A stretch of 64,000 nucleotides of DNA from Myxococcota bacterium. Lineage in GTDB: Bacteria; Myxococcota_A; UBA9160; UBA6930. Made by a program: the position numbers and the translations under genes. The DNA is taken from NCBI GenBank assembly GCA_965223415.1, contig OZ245002.1:4704001-4768000 (forward strand). Direction: 5' to 3'. Below the pieces are notes generated by a model. It was given only the letters and a program-made list of their open reading frames with translations, made no database searches and was not told the origin of the DNA. This document shows positions 46,202 through 55,273 of the stretch, in pieces. Every line of letters begins with the position of its first letter. Within the stretch, counting starts at the first letter, position 1.

Positions 46202-47652
46202 TAGGACGAGCCCTCGTCCCAGACGGGCTGGCTCAGGGTCTCGCGATCCACCGACTCCTGGAGCGCCTCCTCGAGCAGCTCGCGGCGGGCCAGGCGACCT
46301 TCCTCGTAGTAGGAGCGCGTGTCGATCAGGCCGTCGCCGTCCTGGTCCTCGTCGCGCTGGAGCACCCGCTGCTCGGCGTCGTAGAGGGTCACCCGGTCGA
46401 CCCGGCCGTCGCCGTCCCGGTCCTCCCGCTCCCGGACCAGCCGGCCATTCTCGTAGAAGGCCATGCGGTTGCGGAAGCCGTCGCCGTTCAGGTCCTGCTC
46501 CTCCCGGGCGATCTGACCGTCCCGGTAGAAGGTCCAGGTGTCGAGGAAGCCGTCGAAGTCCGTGTCGCGCCTTTGACGGGCCATCTCGCCGGCGCGGTAT
46601 TCGGCCCAGGAGTCGAGACGCCCGTCGAGGTTCGTGTCCTCCTCGACACTCTGCTCCTTGCCCTGGCGGTCGAAGTACACGGTGCGGTCCGGTGCCGAGT
46701 CGCCGTCCTCGTCGAAGAGCTCACGCACCCGCTGGCCCTGGTGTCGGTACACCCAGCGGTCCGGACGCCCGTCGCCGTCCCGGTCGCTCACCTCGTCGGC
46801 GACGCCGCCGCGGCGTGGGTTCGGCTCGGAGGGAGAGGTGCCGGCTCGGGCCTGGGCCATGTCTTCGGGCCGCGCCTTCGGAGGCAGGCCCGCCTGGAGC
46901 ACGGCGAGCTCGTCGGCGATGGAGAAGGAGCGCCCGGTCGGGGCCGGGGCCACCGACGCATGCTGGGTCGGCTCCGGCGGCGGTTCCGGAGCGCCCCCGG
47001 GCACCGGCAGGGGCAGCGGGATCGGCGGCACGCCACCGCTGCCGCCCCCGAGCTGCCGTTCGAGCTCGGCCAGCCGGGCGTTCTCCACCGCCCGGTGCGG
47101 ATCGCTCACGACCGGCGGCTGCGGGCTGGGCGCCGTCACGCCCGGGCTCGGCGCCGAGCGGGAGCTGTGCTGCTGGCCCTGTCCGGTGCGGGTCGTCTGC
47201 TGCTGCATCGGCGCGCTGGTGGGGGCCGTCTGCTGATGCATCGGCGCGCCGCCCGGTGCCGTCTGCTCCTGCTCCGGCTCGGTGCTGCCTTGCCCCTGCC
47301 CGGTCGCCCGGCGGATGCCTTCGACGGCAGCGCCTGCAGGCGCGGCCAGCACGCCGGCCGGTCCCGTCGCCGCGGCCATGGCGCTCTCCTTCGGGTCCGA
47401 GGTCACGACCCGGTGGGTCTTCCCCTGGCTCTTCGAGCCGCCGAGGAAGGTCACCTCCCCGACCGACGGGCCGCCCGGCTGGCCCGGGCCAGGCATCGGC
47501 AGGCTCTGCCCGGGGAGCAGCACCTTGGCACCGGCACCGAAGTCGAAGTTGGGCTGCCGTTCGATCGTCTTGTTCGTGTCGCCGCTCGCGCAGCCGATTC
47601 CAAGGGCCAGCAGCGCCACGGTGAGGATCGGGGTGGAGTTCCGCTTCCGCAT
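46201..47652 (-). CDS. Lipoprotein with P/Q-rich linker and seven DxDxDG-type repeats
   Basis: LGIGC lipobox; repeats such as DRDGDGRPDRW, DTNLDGRLDSW, DLNGDGFRN and DQDGDGLID. Confidence 0.75.
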   Translation of the reverse strand: MRKRNSTPILTVALLALGIGCASGDTNKTIERQPNFDFGAGAKVLLPGQSLPMPGPGQPGGPSVGEVTFLGGSKSQGKTHRVVTSDPKESAMAAATGPAGVLAAPAGAAVEGIRRATGQGQGSTEPEQEQTAPGGAPMHQQTAPTSAPMQQQTTRTGQGQQHSSRSAPSPGVTAPSPQPPVVSDPHRAVENARLAELERQLGGGSGGVPPIPLPLPVPGGAPEPPPEPTQHASVAPAPTGRSFSIADELAVLQAGLPPKARPEDMAQARAGTSPSEPNPRRGGVADEVSDRDGDGRPDRWVYRHQGQRVRELFDEDGDSAPDRTVYFDRQGKEQSVEEDTNLDGRLDSWAEYRAGEMARQRRDTDFDGFLDTWTFYRDGQIAREEQDLNGDGFRNRMAFYENGRLVREREDRDGDGRVDRVTLYDAEQRVLQRDEDQDGDGLIDTRSYYEEGRLARRELLEEALQESVDRETLSQPVWDEGSS

Positions 47653-47845
47653 GTTCACCTCTCTCCGGCTCCGCGCGCGGGCACAGAGCGCCGGATCCAG
47701 GTTCTGCAAGAAGCATGCGACCGCGGCTCCAGGGACCGGCAGGAGCCGAAGCCGATGCGGCCCCCTGGACTTGCGTCGCGACCTGCGCAGCGCCTGCCGG
47801 TCGCGACGTCCGGCGAAAGGGGTAGGGGGCTACCCAGGGTGGGAC

Positions 47846-48856
47846 CTAGTCGTCCCCGCTCCCGCCGCCGAGCCGGTCGATCAGCAGGGTGGCGCCCAGA
47901 CCCAGGAGGACGAGCCCCACGGCGCCGGCCGCCTGGCCGCCGCTCGGGTCGAAGCGCTCGACCAGCCAGTCCTCGGGCTCGACCTCCGGCAGGTCCGCGG
48001 CGGCGAGGACGCGGCCCTTGATGACGTCCCCGGCCTCCGGCGGCACGCCGTGCTGGAAGGGCCACAGCCCGGCGACGGCGCCAACCAGCAGGCCCAGCAG
48101 GGCGCCGAGGGTCGCCTTGGGGAAGCGGTCGAGGGTCCAGCGCAGGAGGTTGCTGATGCCGACCACGCCCACCACCACGCCGATCCCGACGGGCACCGCC
48201 ACGGCGGCCGCCTCCAGCAGCAACGCGAGGTCGGGCCCGCCGTCACCGAGCAAGCCCTGCTTCGCCGTGTCGATGGCGCCCAGGATCGGCAGGTACTGGC
48301 CGAGCAGGATCAGCAGGTAGCCCCCGGAGATGCCGGGCAGGATCATGGCGCCGGCGCCGGCCATGCCGGAGAGCACGAGCAGGCCGGTGGAGGCCTCGCT
48401 GCCGGAGCGCCCCGAGTCGCCCAGCGCCATCCACAGCATCAGGGCGAAGCCTGCCGCCGCGCCCGCCCACAGGGCCGGGGTGGCCGGCCGCGCCAGCCGC
48501 CAGACCAGGGGGACACCACCGAGTGTCAGCCCGATGAACAGGCTGTACATGACCCAGCGCTGCTCGACGACCAGGTCGCGGGTGGGGCCCGCCAGGAGCA
48601 GGATCGCCACGCCCGCGGCGCCGGCGACGATGCCGAGCAGGATCAGCGCGCGCCGGGAGAAGCGGAGGGTCGTCACCTCGGCGATGGCGGCGATGAAGGC
48701 CGGGTAGACCCCCGCCGCCAGCAGCATGGTGCCGCCGGAGATGCCCGGCACCAGGTTCGCCAGCCCCATCAGCACGCCGCCGAGGGACGCTCGGAAGACC
48801 AGGCTGCGCAGGGGCAGGACGTGGTGGCTCTCGACGACCGGCGGGCTCGTGTTCAT
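47846..48856 (-). CDS. DUF368 family membrane protein (putative undecaprenyl-phosphate translocase)
   Basis: Two re-entrant motifs, MGLANLVPGISGGT and AMILPGISGG. Confidence 0.88.
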   Translation of the reverse strand: MNTSPPVVESHHVLPLRSLVFRASLGGVLMGLANLVPGISGGTMLLAAGVYPAFIAAIAEVTTLRFSRRALILLGIVAGAAGVAILLLAGPTRDLVVEQRWVMYSLFIGLTLGGVPLVWRLARPATPALWAGAAAGFALMLWMALGDSGRSGSEASTGLLVLSGMAGAGAMILPGISGGYLLILLGQYLPILGAIDTAKQGLLGDGGPDLALLLEAAAVAVPVGIGVVVGVVGISNLLRWTLDRFPKATLGALLGLLVGAVAGLWPFQHGVPPEAGDVIKGRVLAAADLPEVEPEDWLVERFDPSGGQAAGAVGLVLLGLGATLLIDRLGGGSGDD

Positions 48857-48929
48857 GGCAGCCGGGGACAGTAGCGGTGTGGCCCGCCGATTCACGCCCT
48901 CGGGGCGGCGGCGCGGCTACCCTCTCGCC

Positions 48930-49613
48930 GTGTGCGGTCGGTTCACCCTCAGCAAGTCCGCCTCGGAGATCGCGGCCCACTTCGACCTGCCGGACGTGCC
49001 GGCCCTGGCGCGGCGCTACAACGTGGCGCCCGGCCAGGACGTGGCGGTGGTGGCCTTCGATCCCGCCGAGGACGCCCGGCGTCTGGAGCTGCGGCGCTGG
49101 GGCCTGGTGCCGGGCTGGGCGAAGACGCCGGGCGACGGCGCGCGGCGGATCAACGCACGCGTCGAGACCGTCCAGACCAAGCCGGCCTTTCGCGACGCCC
49201 TGCGCCGGCGGCGCGGCCTCGTGCCCGCCGACGGCTTCTACGAGTGGAAGGAGGCGCCGGGCGGCAAGCTCCCCCACCACCTGGCGCTTCCCGGCGGCGC
49301 GCTCTTCGCCATGGCGGCCGTAGTCGAGCACTGGGAGGATGCGGAGGGACGCAGCGTCGACTCGGTGGCCGTGCTGACCACCGAAGCCGTGGAGCCAATC
49401 CGCGAGATCCACGGCCGCATGCCCGTGATCCTGGCACCCGGCGACTACGCCGCCTGGCTCGACCCGGCGACGGATCCGGCCGAAGCCCTCGCTCTCTGCC
49501 GACCGGGCCCGGCCCGCACCCTCCAAGCCAAGCCCGTCGGCAAGCGAGTGAACGACGTCCGCAACGACGACCCCGAGTGCCTCGAGCTCGAGCCGCTCCC
49601 GCTCTTCGATTGA
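48930..49613 (+). CDS. SOS response-associated peptidase (SRAP/YedK/HMCES)
   Basis: N-terminal (M)CGRF, RYNVAP, WGLVP, INARVE, GFYEW and IHGRMPVIL. Confidence 0.93.
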   Translation: MCGRFTLSKSASEIAAHFDLPDVPALARRYNVAPGQDVAVVAFDPAEDARRLELRRWGLVPGWAKTPGDGARRINARVETVQTKPAFRDALRRRRGLVPADGFYEWKEAPGGKLPHHLALPGGALFAMAAVVEHWEDAEGRSVDSVAVLTTEAVEPIREIHGRMPVILAPGDYAAWLDPATDPAEALALCRPGPARTLQAKPVGKRVNDVRNDDPECLELEPLPLFD

Positions 49614-49688
49614 GAAACGGGGCCAGAGTTAAGAATTCAGTTACCCCCCAAGGGGGGTAACTGAATTCTTAACTCTGGCCCCGTTTCT
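49613..49688. repeat. 37-bp-arm perfect palindrome (second REP-like family)
   Basis: AGAAACGGGGCCAGAGTTAAGAATTCAGTTACCCCCC-aa-GGGGGGTAACTGAATTCTTAACTCTGGCCCCGTTTCT; AT-rich relative to its surroundings. Confidence 0.9.
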
Positions 49689-49696
49689 TCAGTGCT

Positions 49697-49963
49697 ATGA
49701 CTCCGGCCGTGGTCTCCCGGGTTCGTGCGTGGCTGCTCGTCGGGATCGGCGCGCTCTACGTGCTCTCGATTCCCTGGTATCGCGAGCCTGGCGCGCTTCC
49801 GGGTGGGGGCGCGTCCGGCGGCTGGCTCGGGCTGCCGGACTGGGCCGCGACGGCGCTGGCCTGCTACGTGGCGGTGGCCGTGCTCAACTCGGTCGCCTGG
49901 GCCCTCACCGAGGTGCCGGAGGGCGAGCCCGCCGAGCCCATGGACGGGGACGACGCGCCGTGA
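49697..49963 (+). CDS. Small two-TM partner protein of the sodium:solute symporter
   Basis: SIPWY and WLGLPDW; GTGA overlap with the SSS gene. Confidence 0.65.
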   Translation: MTPAVVSRVRAWLLVGIGALYVLSIPWYREPGALPGGGASGGWLGLPDWAATALACYVAVAVLNSVAWALTEVPEGEPAEPMDGDDAP

Positions 49964-51390
49964 GCTTCGGCACCGCCGGCGTCATCGCTCTCGGCGTCTA
50001 CCTGCTGGGCCTCGTCGCGGTGGCCGAGGCCGCCCGCCGCGCGCGCATCGACACCACGCCCGCGGATCACTTCCTGGCGGCCCGGGGCCTCGGCACCTTC
50101 GTCCTGTTCCTCACCCTGTACGCGACGGCCTACAGCGGCAACTCGCTCCTCGGCTACCCGGGCGAGGCCTACCGGCGCGGCTTCTCCTGGATCATGGCGA
50201 CGGGCTTCATGATGTCCATCATCGTCGTGTTCCACGCCCTAGCGCCGAAGCTGCGGCCGCTCGCGGTGCGCCACGGCTTCGTGACACCCGGGGACTGGAT
50301 CCGCCACCGTTTCCGGGACGAGCCCGGGAGCGCCGCCCTGCGCCAGGCCCTGGCTTTCCTGATGGCGGTGGCGCTCGGCAACTTCCTTCTCGCCCAGCTC
50401 GTCGCCATGGGCCACGTGACGAGCCAGGTGACCGGGGGGCTGATCCCGTTCTGGGCCGGCGTGCTCGGCCTGGCGGGGATGATCCTGATGTACGAGACCC
50501 TGGGCGGCATGCGCGCCGTCGCCTGGACCGACGCGGCCCAGGGCGTGCTGATGGCCCTCGGCCTGCTGGCGCTGCTCGCCTGGCTGCTGGGCGAGGCCGG
50601 AGGGCTGGCCGCCGTGAGCGAGGCCATCGCTGTCGCCCGCCCGGCCGCCGTCCGCGTGCCCGACGCGACGGAGCAGGCCAACTGGGCCAGCACGATCGTG
50701 CTGCTCGGCACGGCGAGCGTCGTCTACCCCCAGGCGATCCAGCGCATCTTCGCCGCGAAGAGCAGCGCCTCGCTCAAGCGGGCGTTCTCGCTGATGACGT
50801 TCATGCCGCTCACCACCACCCTGGTCGTGACGTTGATCGGCCTGGCCGCGATCCCGCGGCTGGAAGGCCTCGGTGAGATCCAGGCCGATACGGTGATGCC
50901 CCGTCTGCTCGCCGCCTGGGCGGAGCTCGGCACGGCGCAGATGCTGCTGGGCGTCCTCGTCTTCCTCGGCGCCCTGGCGGCGATCATGTCGACGGCGGAC
51001 TCGGTGCTGCTCTCCCTGGGCTCGCTGATCGCCGTCGACCTCGCCGGTCGCGACGGCCGTCGGCCCGAGACGACCGTCTTCGCCAAGCGCATCGCCATGG
51101 TCGCCATGGCCCTGGCGGTGGTGATCGCCCTGGCGCCGCGCCTCACCCTGTGGCGGTTGATCGAGCTGAAGATGGAGCTGCTGATCCAGGCGGTTCCCGC
51201 GTTCCTGATCGCCCTCCACTGGCGCCGGCCGACCGCGCGGGCGCTGCTGGTCGGGGTGGTGGCGGGCACTCTCGTCGCGGCCGGAGCGGCGCTCCTCGGC
51301 GTGCGGCGGGTCGGCGGCGTGCACGTCGGCGTGATCGGTCTCGCGGTGAACACGGCCTGCGTGCTCGTGGCCGCGGCGTTGCGCCGGTGA
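49960..51390 (+). CDS. Sodium:solute symporter family protein
   Basis: DHFLAAR, GGMRAVAWTDAAQG, PQAIQR and AAIMSTADS. Confidence 0.92.
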   Translation: MSFGTAGVIALGVYLLGLVAVAEAARRARIDTTPADHFLAARGLGTFVLFLTLYATAYSGNSLLGYPGEAYRRGFSWIMATGFMMSIIVVFHALAPKLRPLAVRHGFVTPGDWIRHRFRDEPGSAALRQALAFLMAVALGNFLLAQLVAMGHVTSQVTGGLIPFWAGVLGLAGMILMYETLGGMRAVAWTDAAQGVLMALGLLALLAWLLGEAGGLAAVSEAIAVARPAAVRVPDATEQANWASTIVLLGTASVVYPQAIQRIFAAKSSASLKRAFSLMTFMPLTTTLVVTLIGLAAIPRLEGLGEIQADTVMPRLLAAWAELGTAQMLLGVLVFLGALAAIMSTADSVLLSLGSLIAVDLAGRDGRRPETTVFAKRIAMVAMALAVVIALAPRLTLWRLIELKMELLIQAVPAFLIALHWRRPTARALLVGVVAGTLVAAGAALLGVRRVGGVHVGVIGLAVNTACVLVAAALRR

Positions 51391-51394
51391 GGCG

Positions 51395-53017
51395 CTAGTC
51401 GCGCCGGTCGAGCAGGTTGCGATCCCGGTACAGCTGCTTCCGGAAGCGAGGAGGCGTGGGCAGCTCGTACACCGAGGCGCCGGGCGCCGGCGTCGCGATC
51501 CGGTGGAGCCGCACCGCCTCCCCGGGCAGGGACGCGCGAAGGGCGGGGTAGTGATCCGGGTCGTCGCTCAGGATCAGGTGGGAGGCGCCCTTGGTCCACA
51601 GTTTGCCCGCCGAGCGCTCCTCTGGGTGGATCTTCACGTGGGGCGAGCCGGCGTAGTAGGCGATCCGTCGCTTGCGGGCCGCGACCCCGCGCACCGGGCC
51701 CTCGTGGGCGGCCAGCCACTCGGCGGCGTCGCGCTGCGCCCGCGAGTCGGTGCGGTCTGGCCGCAGCGCCTTGCCGAGTCCCACGCCCGCGACGGCGAGC
51801 AGCAGCACGACGAGGGCGACGCGGCGGGCCCGCCCTGCGCGTTCGGCAAGCGCCAGCGCGCCCGCCGCCAGGTAGCCGAAGGTCAGCACCAGCGGGGGCA
51901 GCGCGTGACGCCCGCTCACGTAGCCCACGTTGGCGGCCAGCAGCAGCAGCACCGCCGCGTAGGCCAGCACGACGCCCGCGACGAAGCGCCCGCGACGCCC
52001 GGGCAGGCCCAGGCCCCCGAGGAGCAGCCCCGCTACGAGTAGCGCCGCGCCCTCGTAGCGGAGCGAGCGCAGATGCGTGCGCGCCACGTCAAAGACGGCC
52101 TCCGCATACCGTTCCCCGGTGGAGAGCTCCTTCCACCGGGTCGGGACGTCTTCCTGGGCCTGTCGGGGCCGGGGACGAGGCTTGATCCGTCCGTCCGCCG
52201 GCCGGCCGGCCCGGCTCACCCTGGGCAGCACCGGGTCCGGGCCGTCCCGGGGCGGGGCCTCGAGGCCGGCCATCACCGCCATGGACTTCTTCTGGGTGAA
52301 GGTCCACTCGCCCGTCTGGACGCGCAGGAAGCCCACGTAGGGTGCGACGACGAGGGCGGCGCCGAGGCCGATGGCGACCGCGAGCGCGAGGGCCCGGCGT
52401 GCCGGCGCCCCCTCGCGCCAGGCTTCGAACAAGGCGAGCCCCCCCGCGACCAGGGCGATGCCGAGCCCCTCGGGCCGCGCCAGGTAGGCGAGGCCCGCCA
52501 CGAGCCCGCCGGCCAGGCCGAGCATGGGCTTCTGGCCCGCCAACGCCTTCCAGAGCAGGAGCGCTGCGCCGACGAAGCAGAGCAGATACGCGCCCTCGCT
52601 CTGGATGTCGCCGGTGTACTCGATGGCTCCGGGGTGGACGGCGAGGAGCAGCGCCGCGATGGCCGCCGGCGGGCGGCCGTGGAGCTCGCGCACGAAGCCG
52701 TACAGGGCCACCACGGCCAGGCTGCCGCACAGGATCGAGACGCCGACCGCTGCGGCTTCCCAGCTGGCGACCGGACCGTGAACCAAAGCCACGAGGCCCG
52801 AGTAGAGCGGGTGGAAGGGATGGGCCAGGGCCTGGTCCGGGAGCCCCGCTTCGATCGCCTGGGCCAGGGCCAGGAAGACCGGCCCGTCGTTGAACATCAC
52901 GGCCAGGCCGAGCCAGCGGACGACCCGCACGGCCACCGCCACCAGGACGATCCCCGCCAGCCACCCGGCCTCTCGGCGCGGCGGCACGGCTCGGGCTTCG
53001 GTGCGGTCGGCAGCCAT
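51395..53017 (-). CDS. GT-C membrane glycosyltransferase (PMT/ArnT-like)
   Basis: NDG near the N-terminus, HPLYS, QSEG, AYLARPEG and RHALP; multi-TM. Confidence 0.75.
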   Translation of the reverse strand: MAADRTEARAVPPRREAGWLAGIVLVAVAVRVVRWLGLAVMFNDGPVFLALAQAIEAGLPDQALAHPFHPLYSGLVALVHGPVASWEAAAVGVSILCGSLAVVALYGFVRELHGRPPAAIAALLLAVHPGAIEYTGDIQSEGAYLLCFVGAALLLWKALAGQKPMLGLAGGLVAGLAYLARPEGLGIALVAGGLALFEAWREGAPARRALALAVAIGLGAALVVAPYVGFLRVQTGEWTFTQKKSMAVMAGLEAPPRDGPDPVLPRVSRAGRPADGRIKPRPRPRQAQEDVPTRWKELSTGERYAEAVFDVARTHLRSLRYEGAALLVAGLLLGGLGLPGRRGRFVAGVVLAYAAVLLLLAANVGYVSGRHALPPLVLTFGYLAAGALALAERAGRARRVALVVLLLAVAGVGLGKALRPDRTDSRAQRDAAEWLAAHEGPVRGVAARKRRIAYYAGSPHVKIHPEERSAGKLWTKGASHLILSDDPDHYPALRASLPGEAVRLHRIATPAPGASVYELPTPPRFRKQLYRDRNLLDRRD

Positions 53018-53095
53018 GGGGCGCGGGAAGGTAGGCCACGGGCGTGAAGTTGCGATGGAACCCTGGGCCGGGGATCGGGGGTGTATGCTCGGCCC

Positions 53096-54550
53096 ATGGG
53101 GGACGGATACGAACGCCTCAGCGCCCAGGACGCGACCTTTCTCGACCTGGAGTCGCCGAGCCACCACCAGCACATCGCGGCGACGGTCGTCTTCGAAAGC
53201 GGGCCTCTGCGCACGCCGGAGGGTGGCGTCGACATCGATCGCATCCGCGACTACGTGGAGGCGCGGCTCCACCTGCTGCCGCGCTATCGGCAACGGCTGG
53301 CCACGATCCCGGTCGAGGGACACCCGGCCTGGGTCGACGACCCCCACTTCAACCTCGCCTACCACGTGCGCCACACGGCGCTGCCGCTCCCCGGGGACGC
53401 GGCCCAGCTCAAGGAGCTCTCGGGCCGCGTCCTCTCCCAGCCCCTCGATCGGGAGCGGCCTCTGTGGGAGATCTGGGTGGTGGAAGGCCTCGACGGGGGC
53501 GAGCGCTTCGCGTTGGTGCAGAAGGTCCACCACTGCATGATCGACGGCGTCTCGGGCGTCGACCTCATGGCCATCCTGATGAGCCCGGATCCGCAGGCCC
53601 CGACGCCGCCGGCCCCGCGTTGGCAGCCGCGTCCCGTGCCGAGCGGCTTCGAGATGCTGACCGGAGATCTCGCCCGGCGCTTCACCGATGCGCTCGACGC
53701 GGTGCGCTCCGCGCCCGAAGCGCTCCGCGATCCGCTGGGCTTCGTGGACCGGCTGCGCGAGGGCGCCCAGGCCCTGGGCGAGACCCTGGGCGCCGGTCTC
53801 CACAACGCCTCGGAGACGCCCATCAACCAGCCCCTCGGGCCCCACCGCAAGTTCGATTGGCTGGCCCTCGAGCTGCCGAGGGTGAAGCGGGTGAAGGACG
53901 CCCTCGGTGGCACCCTGAACGACGTCGTGCTCGCGACGGTGGCCGGCGCCCTGCGCCGCTTCTTCCAGCTCCGCCGGCTCGACCCGGACCTCCTCGGGAT
54001 CCGCGCCAACGTGCCGGTGAGCCTTCGCACCCGGGACGAGCAGGGGACGCTGGGCAACCGCATCGCGCTGCTGATGGCGGAGCTCCCGGTCGACGAGCCC
54101 GGCGCCGCCGCCCGCTTGGAGCGGGTTCGCGAAACGATGGCGCGGCTCAAGGGCTCCCGGCAGATCATGGGCGCCGAGGTGCTGGCGGCGGTGAGCGAGT
54201 GGACGAGCGCGACGTTGCTCTCGCTGGCCGTGCGCGTCGCCGCCCGCGGCCGCCCCTACAACCTGGTCGTCACCAACGTGCCCGGGCCCCAGCTGCCGCT
54301 CTACCTGCTCGGCGCGCGCCTGATCGCCTGCTACCCGGTCGTGAACTTGCTCCCGAGCCAGGGCCTGGGGGTCGCGCTCTTCAGCTACGCCGGCACGCTC
54401 TTCTGGGGCTTCACGGCGGATCTCGACCTGGTGCCCGATCTGGGCGCCTTCGGCGAGGCGGTGGACGACGCCTTCCGAGAGCTCGAGGGCGTGGCCGAGG
54501 CCGAGGAGAAGCGCGCGGCCCTGGCGGCCCGCGACTCCCGCGAGACCTAG
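53096..54550 (+). CDS. Wax ester synthase/diacylglycerol acyltransferase
   Basis: RLSAQDATFL, PLWE, HHCMIDGVSG, TLNDVV and TNVPGP. Confidence 0.93.
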   Translation: MGDGYERLSAQDATFLDLESPSHHQHIAATVVFESGPLRTPEGGVDIDRIRDYVEARLHLLPRYRQRLATIPVEGHPAWVDDPHFNLAYHVRHTALPLPGDAAQLKELSGRVLSQPLDRERPLWEIWVVEGLDGGERFALVQKVHHCMIDGVSGVDLMAILMSPDPQAPTPPAPRWQPRPVPSGFEMLTGDLARRFTDALDAVRSAPEALRDPLGFVDRLREGAQALGETLGAGLHNASETPINQPLGPHRKFDWLALELPRVKRVKDALGGTLNDVVLATVAGALRRFFQLRRLDPDLLGIRANVPVSLRTRDEQGTLGNRIALLMAELPVDEPGAAARLERVRETMARLKGSRQIMGAEVLAAVSEWTSATLLSLAVRVAARGRPYNLVVTNVPGPQLPLYLLGARLIACYPVVNLLPSQGLGVALFSYAGTLFWGFTADLDLVPDLGAFGEAVDDAFRELEGVAEAEEKRAALAARDSRET

Positions 54551-54559
54551 CGAAGCCCC

Positions 54560-55270
54560 ATGGCCGTCCTGCGCATCGAAGGCCGCCTGTGCGGGCCTCC
54601 GGGAAACGCCAACGGTGGCGTGCTGGCGGGGCGCCTGGCCGAGCGGCTCGCCGCCGACGGGCCGACCGAGGTGACCTTCCTCGCTCCCTGTCCCGTCGAC
54701 GTGGACCTCGCGTTGGAGGAGAGGGACGGGGCGCTCTTCGCCCTCGCCGGAAGCGAGCCCGTGGCCCGTGCGCGGCCCGGCAAGCTGGACCTGAAGCCGC
54801 TCCCGGCGCCGAAGCCGCGCGCCGTGGCCGCGGTGGCGGGGCGATCCCGGGCGATGGCGACCCATCCCTTTCCCGGCTGCTTCGTCTGCGGCCCGGAGCG
54901 GGCCGACGGCCTGCGCATCTTTCCCGGCCCCATGGGCGCCGCCGCCGCGGCCTGCTGGACGCCGACCCCGGAGTGGGACGACGGCAGCGGCCACGTCCCC
55001 GCCTTCACCCTGTGGGCGGCCCTCGACTGCCCGAGCTCGTTCCCCCTGCTCGAGGATCCGGACGAGGCCGCGCGCCTCGAGCCGATTGTGCTCGGACGGA
55101 TGACGGCCCGTGTGTACGGTCCCCTCTGCGCCGGCGAGCCTGCCACGCTGATCGCCTGGCCCCTCGTCCAGGGCGAGCGGAAAGGCGAATCCGCCGTGGC
55201 GCTCCACGGCGAAGACAGGAGGCTCGTGGCCTTCGCCCGGGCTACGTGGGTGTCGGTCGCCGGTCGTTAG
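54560..55270 (+). CDS. Hotdog-fold (thioesterase-like) protein
   Basis: GPPGNANGG, HPFPGCFVCG, WAALDCP and RATWV. Confidence 0.65.
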   Translation: MAVLRIEGRLCGPPGNANGGVLAGRLAERLAADGPTEVTFLAPCPVDVDLALEERDGALFALAGSEPVARARPGKLDLKPLPAPKPRAVAAVAGRSRAMATHPFPGCFVCGPERADGLRIFPGPMGAAAAACWTPTPEWDDGSGHVPAFTLWAALDCPSSFPLLEDPDEAARLEPIVLGRMTARVYGPLCAGEPATLIAWPLVQGERKGESAVALHGEDRRLVAFARATWVSVAGR

Positions 55271-55273
55271 GCC

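Noticed and set aside
47705..47720. Sigma-54-like site TCGCATGCTTCTTGCA (minus strand) upstream of the lipoprotein
   Set aside because: The invariant -24 GG is CG, so it is not supportable.
9469..49688. Palindromes as a CRISPR array
   Set aside because: They are dispersed single inverted repeats without a repeat-spacer pattern, and no cas genes are visible.
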